Part shown: in pieces, positions 1-22,670 of the stretch
How positions within the stretch are numbered: position 1 is the stretch's first letter
How the letters are laid out: the number at the start of each line of letters is the position of its first letter
Source: the human T2T-CHM13v2.0 reference genome, Homo sapiens
Assembly: GCF_009914755.1 (NCBI RefSeq)
Contig: NC_060941.1
Reading direction: 5' to 3' (one strand)
Length of the DNA stretch: 64,000 bases
The notes under the pieces: generated by a model
Database searches by the model: none
What the model was told of the DNA's origin: nothing
Seen by the model: only the letters and a program-made list of their open reading frames with translations
Made by a program: the position numbers and the translations under genes

Positions 1-954
<954 letters not shown>

Positions 955-1003
955 GTGATTCTACTGAGGGGGAAGATGCCCCTCCCCATATGCCTGAAGT
1001 TGA

Positions 1004-1337
<334 letters not shown>

Positions 1338-2829
1338 TATAATCACATTTTACTTGATTTAGGGAAACTACTCAAATGGACATTTCTTTTACCTGAGTTT
1401 GGGGGAACAAATTTGTGCTTGATACACCAAGTCTTTTTCTTTCAGCCAGTTGTCCTCTTTCTAATACGCCAGTGAGAAAAATAAAACTCCTGGTAAGTCA
1501 TTGGTAACTTTCTGCCACTCACCGTTGGTTGCTCTGCTGCGGAGTGGCAGATGCCCTGTGAGGCGTTGGTGATGTTTGGTGACGTGGAAGTGGGCTATTT
1601 TGGATGAGTCCTTTTTGGCCGTGGGTATTTCAAGAACACAAATTGCCCGCTCCCTCATCAGAAGCAGGGCCAGAGCGTGTCTGGGGCTGTTTCTGGTTGC
1701 TATAGAGATGGGCCCCACCCTGAAGTTCCCGCTGGGACCTCCTGGCTCTGTCAAGTTCAGTTTCCCCAGACACAGCTGCAAGGCCTGTTCTGAGCAATTC
1801 CTGCTGTTAGAGTGTTTATACACACCTCGAGTGCATTTCCGCTTCTGAGCCTCCAAAACCACAGAAAGCCAGAAAGGGGCGGTGTGACCTCTGAAGATGT
1901 CCGCATCCCAGTACTGAGGAGCCTTGGCTGGAGGGACCCCCCTCTACACCAGAGAGCTGGAGGAGAGGAGGGACCAGGGGAGGTGCTTAAGGGCCTGGCC
2001 CCTCCCTGCTATTATATTTCTGGTCCCCCTTCCCAGAGTTAGGGGGCTCTTCTCCACTTCCCTGGCAAGATGCAAGGTGGCAGTTTTAGTCATTTTCATC
2101 CTCTTTTTCCCCTCCTTAAGCTTATCTCTCACCTAAATAATAGAATGATTTTGAAACTTCAAACCCTTTTTTTTTTTTTGAAATGAGGTCTCACTCTGTC
2201 ACCCAGGCTGGAGTGCAGTAGTGTGATCTCAGCTCACCGCAACCTATGCCTCCTGGGCTCAAGCAATCCTCATACCTCAGCCTTCAGAGTAGCTGAGATC
2301 CCAGGTGTGCGTCACCATGCCTGGCTAATTTTTTTTTTTTTTTTGTATTTTTGGTAGAGATGGGGTTTCACCATGTTGCCCAGGCTGGCCCTGAACTCCT
2401 GAGCTCGTGATCCTCCCGCCTCAGCCTCCCTAAGTGCTAGGATTACAGGCGTGAGCCATGGCGCCCAGCCGAAACTTCAAATCTGATTGTACTGTTTCCC
2501 CATGTGAGACCATGCCCTGGCTTCCCATTGTTCCTAGGAAAAGTCCAGAATCCTTACCAGGCTCTGCTCTGCAGGACCTGGCCTGCCACCTCGGGCCTCT
2601 CACCCTTCTGCCCTGCACTGCTGTCCCCTGCAGCGCCCTGGCTGGTCTCGAGCCCACACCCATCCTTTCTGTCTTGTTAACTCCTCCTTGTCTTTCAGGC
2701 CTCAGCAGTCCTTTCTTCAAGGAAATGAGCCCTAGAAATGGCCTTCTGCCAGCCCCATTAGGGTTCCTTCTTATGGCCACTGTCCTTTTCTTTCTTTTTT
2801 TTTTTTTTTGGCAGGGGAGGGGGGACGCG

Positions 2830-3860
<1,031 letters not shown>

Positions 3861-3999
3861 TGATAGTACTTAGTACAGTGACACCTATCCCACAGCCGTT
3901 TGTGTGGTGCCTGTGAGGACAGGGGCATCTCTGTGACGCCCACTGCTGTATCCCTGGCACTGAGCACTGTGCCCTACAGTGATTAAATATTGTCTTGTT

Positions 4000-6318
<2,319 letters not shown>

Positions 6319-6399
6319 ACCTTCCAGATTTTGAATGTCGGCATCAAATGTGTGTGGGGTGTTTGGGGTTGAACGGGACACAGACCCTGCTCAGTGCTC

Positions 6400-6750
6400 C
6401 AGTAGTCCCCTGTTATCCATGGTTTTGCTTACCCACAGTCTACTGCAGTCCAAAAATGTTAAATGGAAGATTCCAGAAGTAAACAACTCATAAGTTTTAG
6501 ATCGCATGCCGTTCTGAGTAGCATGATGAAATCTCACACCATCCCACTTCATCTAGCCTGCCTGGGACAAGAATCATCCCTTTGTTCGGGGAATCCACAC
6601 TGTAGGGACTGCCCGCCCATTGTTTACTTTTAGCCATCTTGGTTACTTACCAGATAGAAAAAACCATAGTGCATATAGGATTCTGTACCATTGCAGCATC
6701 AGGCACCCACGGGGGTTCTGGGAACTCATCCCCCGCGATAAAGAAGTACT
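6400..6750 (+). mobile_element. Tigger2-family non-autonomous DNA transposon (Tigger2a/MER8-like)
   Basis: Begins cagtagtcccctgttatcc; contains aaatggaagattccagaagtaaacaactcataagtttt and gccgttctgagtagcatgatgaaatctc; ends in a decayed TIR cccccgcgataa. Confidence 0.75.
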
Positions 6751-7346
6751 AGAGTACTTTCCTCCTGGGAGAGATGCAGTAGCTGCCAGCCTCAGCCACA
6801 CCCAGTTCGGCCCCATCCTCCTGGCCAGGCCTCGGGGAGTCACAGTCCAGCCGCACCCGCTGTGCCTGGGAGGAGAGGGGGTGAAGGGAGGCACTTCTGT
6901 GAGTGTTCCTCGGGCCTTGGGAAGGGGAGGACAAGGATGAGGAGAAGGGAGGAAAGAAGTCTGGGGGTCTGTTTCCTCCTGGGGTGTGGGGAGGCCATGG
7001 GAGCAGTCCAAGCTCTTCCTCAGGCTGTTGGTTGGAACCCCAGCTCATTTTCCCACAGAAACAAAGCGGGAGTGGAGGTTGGCGCCCTGCCTGGCCCAGA
7101 GCAGCCAGGCCCAGCAACCAGCGCCAAAGCCTCGGAAACCCCTCACCCTGCACCATTGTCTGGGCCTGGCGGGGGCTCTGGCGGGAGCTTCTGAGGCCAC
7201 AGACCCTCGGGCAGCCTTGCCAAGGCTCCGGTGACCATGGGAACTGGGACCCAGCCGAGGGCAGCATATACACAGGCGGCAGCGCTGGGAAGCAGGGCTC
7301 TGTGTGTGTGAGTGTGAGGTGTGTGTATGTGTGCGTGTGTGTTTAG

Positions 7347-7631
<285 letters not shown>

Positions 7632-7979
7632 TAGGCATTTCTAAGCACAAGACACACCTAGGCTGGGCGGTATGGAAAGAGTGTTCTGGACTGGGTAACA
7701 GTGGGCAGCCCCCCCAGTACCCCTGTGCCTCAGTTTCTTCCTCTGTAAATGGTAGTGGGAGGGGAACGTTGAGACTAGATCGGTGGTTTTCTCATTTTTT
7801 TCTTTTTCACAGTTTCTTTTTTTAAAGGAGCCTTGAATCAAATAGGCAAATGCTTCTCTGATTAAGGTGTTGGCAGGGGTGCTGAGGGACCTCCCCCAGC
7901 CTTTCCCCAGCCCACCCCGCTCAGTGCACCTCCTCCTAGGTCTTCTCAGAGCATTGTTGGAAAAGTCACTGGGCTGGAG

Positions 7980-8150
7980 CAACATGCATTCACACACAGG
8001 CGTTCACCCAGGCAGACACTCACACACAGCACACAGACACACACGAAGACATACACACATGTATACAGATATACGCACATATACGCATACACACAAAACA
8101 CATAGGCATGCAGACCACACACACACACTCACACACACACTCTCACACTC
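7980..8150. repeat. Degenerate (CA)n simple repeat
   Basis: cacacacaggc...acacacacactctcacac. Confidence 0.85.
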
Positions 8151-8275
8151 CAGGGTGACAAAGGAAATGCGAGATTGTAGCTAACACTCCAGGCTTCGGA
8201 GTCTGAAACTTGGGATCTGAAGAGCCAGCCCCTTGCTAGCTGTGCACCCAGGGGCCAGCCAATCCCTGGCTCTGA

Positions 8276-9610
<1,335 letters not shown>

Positions 9611-11309
9611 CTCAATATTTTTTTAAAGAGATGTTTGTTTCCCAAACTTCCACGCAAGACTCTGGAGCTACAGGCCACTCTGCAGATGGCATGCTTGCTG
9701 AGTGGCTGTGTCTGTGGCCACAGGTGTGACTAGTCATGCCTGAATTCCACCAAGAAAGCACCAGGCCTGTCTAGCTCACATTCCAGGACATGCCAACACT
9801 TCCTGCAGGGTCAGAGACCAGAAGGTTCCCTGGCGAGGGGCGCCTGTGGGGTAGGGAGTGCCAAGTTGGGGGACAAGATGAGACAGCAGGTGGCCTGAGG
9901 GGTGGGAGCGGTCCTCTGCAAGGTAGGAGGCTTGTAGTAGGTGGTCCAAGGAGCATCCAAGGGGACAGCGGGGCAGCCTTCTCCACCAGCCCCTTCACTG
10001 CCGGGTGAGCTGGGGACCCATGGCTGCCAAGGGAACGATGTTGAAAACACAAAGCACCAGGGGCAAGGAGGCCCCGCCCGGAAAAACAACATCCTGGCTG
10101 CTAGAGCCCAGGCAGGCTCTATGGGAGGGGCTATTTTTAGCTGCTGAGGCTGCTGGGGCTGGACTTGTATGGCCTTGCTGTCTGGCTGCATAACTCACCC
10201 ATTATCCCGCCTGACCTTGAGCTGGGCGTCTGTCTGAGAGGCCTCTCTGTCTGCCCTTGCCCTCGGCCACAGCCCCTCTCTGGGGTGCACCTGGGCCACA
10301 CAGAACCCAGGCAGGAGTGAGCTGGCCTGGGCCTGGAAACACACTGGACTGTAGCCTCAGGGCGCCCCAGGCCTGGCTCAGGTTCTAGGGCAGCAGAGGG
10401 CACTGGGCCCTCCCAGAAGAGAGGCAGAGGCTCTCCTGGGGCACAGGTCACAGGTGTCCCCAGCATGGAGGGCAAGAAGATTCCAGAGGGGGACATAAGT
10501 CCTTTTATTTTTTGAGATGGAGTCTTGCTCTGTCGCCCAGGCTGGAGTGCAGTGGTATAATTGATCTCGGCTCACTGCAACCTCTGCCTTCCGGGTTCAA
10601 GTGATTCTCCTGCCTCAGGCCCCTGAGTAGCTGGGAGTACAGGCACCCACAACCATGCCCGGCTAATTTTTGTATTTTTAGTAGAGACGAGGGTTTCACC
10701 ATGTTGCCTAGGCTGGTCTCGAACTCCTGACCTCAAGTGATCTGCCTGCCTTGGCCTCCCAAAGTGCTGGGATAACAGGCATGAGCCACCGCGCCCGGCC
10801 AGGACATAAGTTCTCTTATTGTAGATGTTCTGGGCTCCAGCCACACCCTGGGCCGGCTCTGTGGGCTGAGGGCTATGTGTGAAGGAAGCTCCAGGTCTCA
10901 AAACTCTCTTGCCCACGCCCAGGGGTCCTGCCCTGTTCCTGGAGGGGTGATGCCTGCATTTAATGCTGGGCACAAACAGTACAAACAGCAAAGGCAGGTC
11001 CAGAACTAGGCTGCGGCATGAAAGATAAAAATAGCTGGTGGGAGTCAGGCCATCCCAAGTAAACACTCAAGCAGCCAGGACGGCAGTGGGGCTGGAGAAG
11101 CCACCTCTGGCTGCCCGTGCTGGGAAAAAGGGAGTGGGGGTGCCCCAAAGGGCAGGTACCCTGTTCCAGCCCCCTTCTCCCAGGCCAGGGCTCCCTCTCA
11201 ACAGGAATCCTGGGACGAGGGGCTCCGGCCCCTCTCCTGCCTGCCCACTCAGCCAGCTTACAAATGAGAGCGGTTCTGGGAATCCTTGGGTAGAGAGGAT
11301 GGAAAAGGA

Positions 11310-11366
11310 GTCATTCATTCAACAAGTGTTTATTGAGCATCTACTACATGCCAGACACTATTCTAG
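11310..11366 (-). mobile_element. L2 LINE 3' terminal fragment
   Basis: Minus strand reads ...gtctggcatgtagtagatgctcaataaacacttgttgaatgaatga, the typical L2 tail ending in (TGAA)n. Confidence 0.8.
11329..11334 (-). terminator. TRIM47 polyadenylation signal AATAAA
   Basis: tttatt on + strand about 300 nt past the stop codon, inside an L2 3' tail. Confidence 0.8.
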
Positions 11367-11632
11367 AAACCTGGGAAAGGAGGGGTTAGGGTAGCTTGGA
11401 GCTGTCCCAGCTGTAGCTCTGTCTCCCAGAAGTGAGGTCTGCAGGGGAACAGGGTCTGGGGGTCCTCCTGCCTGGGAGAGGGAAGGCTGAGTGTATAAAA
11501 AGGTGGAAGCCTCTAGAAATGAGAAGGCTGGGTGTGTGGGACTCATGCTGGTGCCTTCCCAGACGAAGGAGAGGGCCCAGAGGAGGCAGCTTCCTGGAGC
11601 AGAGACGGCAGCAGGAGCGCCCGTGCCCGGCA

Positions 11633-14600
11633 TCACCTCCTCTTCAGCACGGATATGCAGGACTTCTTGAGGGGCCCGATCTGCAAGTGGGCGTCCACAC
11701 TCTCCAGGAAGAAGGCAGGCTTGAGTCTGTGGGTGAAGAGCCCCGCAAAGTGACTGTCCAGGCGGCTCTGGAAGGGGTCAATGGGGGAGGCCGGGATGCC
11801 ACCCCGGCGGGGCCGGGAGGCCTTCAGCCTCCGCAGGAGGCTCATCTTGCCGTCCCGTACAGCATAGAAGGCCAAGGCACGGTCAGCGTATTCCAGGCAG
11901 ACCCCAACCGTGGGCGAGAAGGGGTGGGGCAGGGGAGCCTCCAGCCCATGAAACCAGACGGAGAAGCTGCGTCCATTCCACTGCAGGCAGCAGGAGTGGG
12001 CGTTGCGGCCCAGCCGGCCGCGGTCGTAGGGCTCTTGTGGGGAGAAGTCTTCGGCCATGACCCCCATGCTGACCCAGCCCTCGATAATCTCCACCTCCCA
12101 GTAGTAGGTGCCTCGGTCCAGGGCACCCTCGCCCAGCACCTGCTCACAATGGGTGAAGCGGGTGGGCGACAAGGGGTAGTTGATAGGACACAGCACCCTC
12201 TTGACACCTTTGGTTCCAAACAGCTGCAGGAACTTGTCTGCTGTGTCGCTGTCCAAATCCACAATATAGGCAACTGATCCCGTGGACAGAAGAGAGAGGC
12301 AGGGCTCAGGGCCAGGCTCAGAGGGCACGGCCCCTCCCCAAGTACCCACCCCCCCAAAACACAGCCTCTCCCCTGCTTTCCAACCGGCACAACCCAGCCC
12401 CGCCGGGGACCACCCCAGGAGCTGCCCTAGCTCTCCCCACAAACTGGGGAGAGGAATCCTAACCCTTGTGTGCCAGGGCCCTGCTGGGACCAGCCCAGCA
12501 GCCCTGGGAGGGCCCAGTGTGAGTGGAGGGGGCACGGGCGTCCACTTACACTTGAGGAAATAGTCCCTGGGAGCTTCACTCTCCAAGAGGTTCGTACTCT
12601 CGAGGTCTTGGGGCTCAGCATCAGCTGTAGAAGAGGAGACAGTGGTGAGAACGCCCCCAGACTGCCCCCCTCTGAACCTGTGACTACAATCCCTACCCCC
12701 TTCACTTCCTCCCAGAGTCCAGAGCCACCAGGGAGCAAGCACCACCCAGATGTGGCACGCTGTGCTCACACACATGCCCGTTGCCTGTGTTCTGCCTCTT
12801 GCCCCATGTGCTTCCCGGGCCACAGCCCTCTGGAGCTAGAGGGTGGGCTAGGAGAAGCCCCCTCTACCCCAGGTCCAAGGGGCTGATTGATCCCCACAGG
12901 GTGGCAGCTCTAGTCACTGGCAGGATTTGGGCTCCTCCCTGTGCCAGGCACAATTTTCCTCCTCCACTTCTGGATGGGCGCCAGGCCTGGGGGCCTGTGC
13001 GAGAGGCTGGCAGAGGGTGAGTCATCGGGGGGGCGTGGGGCGGTGCCCACCTTCCGAGTCCAGCTTCTGTGGCCCATCCTCGTTGCCACCCGGCCCCCTC
13101 AGCTGCTCCCACTGGTTGACGCAGGCCACGGCCAGCATGTCTCTCACTGCACGGACAGCTTGGGATGATTTGGTGAAGCTGAGCTCCCTCGGGGGTCCAG
13201 GCCCAGGGCCACACCCATCCTCCAGGGCCAGCCTTAGTGCCAGCAGCTCCTGTGCCAGACAAATGCCCATTAAAGTGCTGCTGGCCATGGCTCCTCCTTG
13301 CTGGGGGTGGAGGCAGCTCTGCCAGGAAGTCATGCACCCACTGCCTCCTCCTCCCTCCACCCCACCTGTCCCAGCTTCTGTTCCTTCCGTGGCCCCCAGA
13401 GCGGCCTTCACCTGCAGGAAGCTGACTGAGTCAGCTTCAGGGACCTGGCTGAGATTCTGGCGGGCTCGGCTCAGGCGGCTGCGCTGTTCCTCCTGTCGCC
13501 GCAGGTCACCCTGGGAGCGGCCTAGCATGGCAGCTTCCCCCTCCTCGATGAAGCCCAGCACCTGGGTCTGGAAGCCCTGCAGGGCGGCCGCAGCATCTGC
13601 AAACAGCCGGCTCACCCTCTCCCGCTCTGCTACGGCTGCACTCTGCACAGGACGACAGTAGAGGGGGCAATGAGGGCAAAGAACCGTCCCGGACTGTACC
13701 CCCCTCCTTCCCTGACCCCGGCTTCCCACCGGCCCTCTTGAGGGGACAGAGGGGCCAGACTGAGCCTGTCCTGGATCTGGGCCAGGTCAGGGGACACTTG
13801 TGCTCAGTAGGTATGGGCATGGTTTGTTTGGAGTGGATTGTTCCATGCTGAGGGAGGGGTGTTTGACCTTGATGAGGGCCACTGTGCGCCTGGACTGTGC
13901 AATGCCAGCACCCAGCTCGTCCATGCGGTCCTCCACGGCGCTCAGGACTTTGGACTGCTCAGCCTGTGGACAACACCCTCCATGAGTGTGAGGTCTGGCA
14001 GAGGCCACAGCCCTACACTCGGGTCCCAGGCCTTGCCAGGGGAGAGAAGGGGGTGACTGGGGAGTGGTATCTGTGCATCAGGTGGGACTGGAGTGGCCAC
14101 GATGTCCCATAATATGCCAGAGGTGCCTGCAGCCCAGGCTGGTGCCTTTCCTGAACGCCTGGGGGGCGTGCAGGCTGACTGGGTGTCTGCCTCGGGTCTC
14201 TGACAGGAGGCCTAGTACAGGGCCGTCCGCTGGTCTCAGTGTTGCTCAGATGAATTTGAGAACTTCCTCCGGCGGGGAAGAGGCAGAGAGTAAGCCAGTT
14301 AGGTTGGGAGGTGGGCGGCGGAGGGGTGACTGCACAAGGAGGCATTAAGCTGTCCTGAGGATCACTGTTCCCAAAGAGCCTGCATCCACAGTCCAGGCCT
14401 GGAAAAAAGGGGATTCCGGGCAAATCCCCTAGGTCTTATGAGTCACTGCTCCAGGCAGGAGAAACGGAAAATCCCTTGGCCAGAGGCGCCAAGACCGGGC
14501 TGGAGGCCAAAGGAAACTGGGGGCGGGAGGTAGAGGCCGCGGCTCACATGCTCCCACCACTGGCCCCCGGAACAGCTGGACAGAGAATCTGTGTGCCCGG

Positions 14601-15698
14601 TCGCCCTCTGCCGCCCTCCTGCCGCCTGCCACACCCATCGAAAGCTGCTGCCTCAGCCCAGGGCAAATCTGAGCTGAGACCGGCGTGACCCTCCGGGCGG
14701 GAGCAGCAGCCACGCTACCGGAACCCCGCGGGCCTAACCCGGCTCCCTCCCGCCTACACCCCCATAGACCCCGGCCCGGCTTCAGGTCCCCTGCCCGCTC
14801 TTCGCGTCCTTGTCCTGTTCTCACGTCCCTCCTTCCTCCCTTCCCATCTCCATCACCGCCAGCAGATGACCTTGTCAAGGCTGGAAGGGACCGCAAAGAT
14901 CCTCAGGTTAGAGGAGGAGATTAAGACCCAACCCGGGAAGACTGGGGGGTCCAAGGTCCTCGGCCCGCTCGCGCGCGGTCGGTCACCAGCCCCGGCTCAC
15001 CCGAGTGTGCCCCCGGAGCCCACCTCCTGAAGCGCGCGCTCCTGCTCCAGCGGCACCAGCTCGTGGCCGCGGTGCTCCTGTGCGGCGCAGGCCTCGCACA
15101 GACACACGCGCTCCGCGCGGCAGTAGCGCTCGAGCGGCCGTAGGTGGCGCGGGCACAGGCTCTCCTCTAGCCGGCGCAGCGGCGGCACCAGGCGGTGTCC
15201 GCGGAGGGCGGGGCTGCGCTCGTGCGGGCCCAGGTGCGCGGGGCAAAAGGAGGCGAGGCAGGAGAGGCAGGACAGCGCGGCGGGCAGGGCCGCGCCCTCG
15301 GGGCACGCGTCGCAGCGCACTGGCTCTTCGCCCGCGGGCCACGGCTCGGGAGCGCAGGGGGCCGACGGCTCCGGGACACTGGGCAGCGCGCTGGGTGCCG
15401 AGGGCTCCGGGGCCAGGGCAGGGGCCGGGCCGGGGCCGGACCCGGGGCCCGAGCCCTGGCGGAGCTGCAGCAGCTCGGACAGCGTGTGGTTCTTGCGGAG
15501 CTGAAGGCCGTCGGGGAAGGGCTCCTGGCACAGCGGGCAGCGGGCCGCGCCTCCGGGTCCGCCGGCTCCACTCGCGCCACGATGCGGCCAGAGCGCGCCC
15601 AGGCAGGCGAGACAGAAGTTGTGGCCGCAGGGCAGCGTCACCGGCTCCCGGAGTGGCTCTAGGCAGATGGGGCAGCTGAAGGGTCCACTGCCGTCCAT
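11633..15698 (-). CDS. TRIM47: Tripartite motif protein 47, RING/B-box/coiled-coil/PRY-SPRY E3 ubiquitin ligase (638 aa, 6 coding exons)
   Basis: Coding exons 15698-15024 (675 nt; MDGSGPFSCPICLEPLREPVTLPCGHNFC RING plus two B-boxes), 13963-13868 (96), 13642-13412 (231), 13249-13051 (199), 12624-12550 (75) and 12273-11633 (641; PRY-SPRY with GTYYWEVE, stop TGA). All introns are GT-AG. Total 1917 nt = 638 aa + stop. Confidence 0.98.
14409..14475. promoter_or_regulatory. AP-1 (TGAGTCA 14439-14445) and NF-kB (GGGATTTTCC, minus, 14466-14475) motif cluster in TRIM47 intron 1
   Basis: Exact consensus matches 20 bp apart, plus kB-like GGGGATTCC and GGGGATTTGCCC at 14409-14429. Function is inferred. 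Confidence 0.5.
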
Positions 15699-16100
15699 GA
15701 CTCCGCGGCCGCCCAGGGCGCCGCCGATTGTGCTCCGGCCTGGGAGGGACCCGGGCCGTTCGCGCCGCGGCACCTCCCCCTGGGACCTAGGCCAGGGCTC
15801 CGGCCCCCGCCCGCCCCCAGCTCGGCCCGCCCCGCAGCACCGCCCGCCTGCGGGCCCGCGGACTCCCAGTCCCCGCCCAGACAACGCAGGGAGGCCTCCG
15901 AGCCCGCGCGACCCCCAGGGGAGTCCGCGTGGTCCTAAGGAAGGGCGCTGCTGAAAGGGTGTGAAACTGAGTGAGCGCGGGCGGAGAACGCGAGAGGTAC
16001 AGTGGAAGGAATGGGAAGGACTCAGCCTCCATCCCTCTGGTCCTTCTGGGCCAGGCCAGCGCTCCGCAGGGGCTGGGCGCGTCTAGCTGTGTCATGCCTG
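14600..16100. promoter_or_regulatory. CpG island / TRIM47 promoter and exon 1
   Basis: Very high GC and CpG density; GC boxes (ccccgccc) at about 15805-15880 upstream of the ATG. Confidence 0.85.
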
Positions 16101-16227
16101 CACCTTTGCGCTCGACCCCTCCCTGGCACCCTTAGCAAAGTTCCTGAGCTGCTGACTGCAGAGAAAAATAACTGCTGATGTACATATGTTTTTGCCCCTT
16201 AGCGACTCTTTTTTTTTTTTTTTTTGA

Positions 16228-16425
<198 letters not shown>

Positions 16426-16885
16426 TGAACTCGTGACCTCAGGTGATCCACCTGCCTCGGCCTCCCAAAGTGCTGGGATTACAGGCGTGAGCCACAGCGC
16501 CCAGCTCCTTTAGCGACTCTTTACCCCAAGTAGGGAACTTGGACTTTTCTAGACCTGAAATGGGAAGTTGACGTCATTCCCTAAGTCCCTTGTCTGAGGA
16601 ATGTAGTTCTGGCCCCTGGACACTGGGGACACCTGTGGTGGGGTTGGGGGTTCCCCAACTGGAAGTATTTAAAGCTCATCTAATTATGCACTTAAAGTGG
16701 TGCGTTTTATTGTATGAGTTATATCTCAATAATGTTAAGTTAAAACACTACACCAGAATGACAACAAAATAAGTAAAGTAGCACTGATTATAACCCAAAG
16801 TGTAAAATAAACATCTATGAGTCCATGCCGATATAAATAAATAATAAATTAACAAGCTGGGGAGAACAGACATATTTCGCATTGA

Positions 16886-17210
<325 letters not shown>

Positions 17211-17309
17211 TAATTTTGGTTAGTGACAAAGTCACAGGTAACTGCTCATACCACTCTGGTGTATTCTCTCCATTTGGAATAGAAAGAAATGCTGTGTTTC
17301 AGTAAGGTG

Positions 17310-17787
17310 CTGCAGCGTGGCTTCCTTCTGCAGGATCTGAGGGAGACTCTGTCCTGGGCGTCTGTCCCAGCTTCTGGTACTGGCTGGCAATTCTTGGCGT
17401 TCCTTGGCTTGTAGCTGTAAGATGCGCTCTAATATCAGTCTCTGTTGTCATTTGCCTTTTCTCTGTGTCTGTGTTCAAATGTCCTTTTTTTTTTTTTTTT
17501 TAGGGAGTCTTGCTCTGTTGCCCACTCAAACTGCTGGGCTCGAGTAATCTGCCTGCCTCAGCCTCCCAAAGTGCTAGGATTACAGGCGTGAGCCACTGTG
17601 CCCGGTGCCCATTTCCTCTTATCAGGACACCAGTTGTTGGATTAGGGCACGCTCTACTCCAGTATGCCCTCATCTTAACTCAGTCACATCTGAAAATACT
17701 CTATTTCCAAATAAGGTCACAGCCACAGGTCCTGGGGGTTAGGATCCGAATACGTCTTTTTCAGGGAACAGGATTCAACCTATAACA
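17310..17787 (-). mobile_element. MLT1 (MLT1B/C-like) MaLR LTR interrupted by an Alu fragment
   Basis: ggacaccagttgttggattagggc...tatttccaaataaggtcaca...ggggttagga...tcaacctataaca. Confidence 0.75.
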
Positions 17788-18487
17788 GTGCATAAGTAAG
17801 GAAATGTTGGAGAGAGGCCCAGGCCCAAATGTGCTAGAGGTCATGCATGTCCCCCGGTGTTCCTGGCCCTCTCTGTGTTCCAGGACCCTGGCCCTTCCCT
17901 AAACCTCAGCACACACTGCTGCTTGTCCCACACCCAAACCCTTGTCCACCTCTCCCACCGGGTCTGCATTCCTGCCTCTGTTTCCCCAGCTCTCTAGGCT
18001 TGGGGGGTGGGAAAATACCCTCAGGTCCCCTGAGACCAGACTAGAAATGTTCAGAAGGCACTTCATGAGTTCAGAGCTAAAGAGGAGAAAACACAAGCAA
18101 AAGAGCACAAATGTGCCGGGTGTGGTGGCTCACGCCTGGAATCCCAGGACTTTGGGAGGCTGAGGCGGGCGGATCACTTGAGGTCACGAGTTCCAGACCA
18201 GCCTGGTTAACATGGCGAAACCCCATCTCTACTAAAAATACAAAAAAATTAGCCGGGCGTGGTGGTGCACACACTTGTATTCCCAGCTACTCGGGAGTCT
18301 GAGGCAGGAGAATCGCTTGAACCAAGGAGGCAGAGGTTGTGCCACTGTACTCTCCAGCCTCGGTGACACAGCGAGACTCCATCTCAAAAAAAAAAAAAAA
18401 AAAAAAAAGAAAAGAAAAGAAGAAAGAAAGAAGGAGGGACCCAGCCTCTTGGGGAGGGAGCTGGCTCTCCAGGCACTCAGGAACCCC

Positions 18488-19596
<1,109 letters not shown>

Positions 19597-20024
19597 TGAT
19601 CTGCCTGCCTCGGCCTCCCAAAGTGCTGGGATTACAGACGTGAGCCACCGCGCCCAGCCTGGCATCTTGCTATTTCATTTCCATTTCCAGAGTTTTGAAG
19701 TTGTTTGCCTAGTGTATTAGTTCACTTCAAAATGAATTGTCTAAGAGTCAAGGGCAAGGGTAACTGGCACCATGTGAGCTCAGCATGTTCACACCTGCCC
19801 TCATTCTGTCTGTCCAAGGACCCTATCCTAAAGGATGGCAACTGGAATTCCGATAGGTACCATGTCTTGCCAGAGGTCACATAACTTGTCCTGCAGAGGA
19901 AGCAGAATTTAAGCTCAAGAGGTTGCAGCTTGAATAATTATAAATCTCACATATGACTGTCTGGCTGTAGTAGTAGTGCTTGAGAAAAAAAGGAAAAAAA
20001 TCAAACAAAAACAAGTGGCTGGGT

Positions 20025-22670
<2,646 letters not shown>

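Noticed and set aside
1461-1862. 133-aa minus-strand ORF and 90-aa plus-strand ORF in unique sequence
   Set aside because: No recognisable domain and no supporting exon structure; such lengths arise by chance.
11432-15954. Long plus-strand ORFs (281, 244, 224 aa) opposite TRIM47
   Set aside because: Antisense shadows of GC-rich coding exons.
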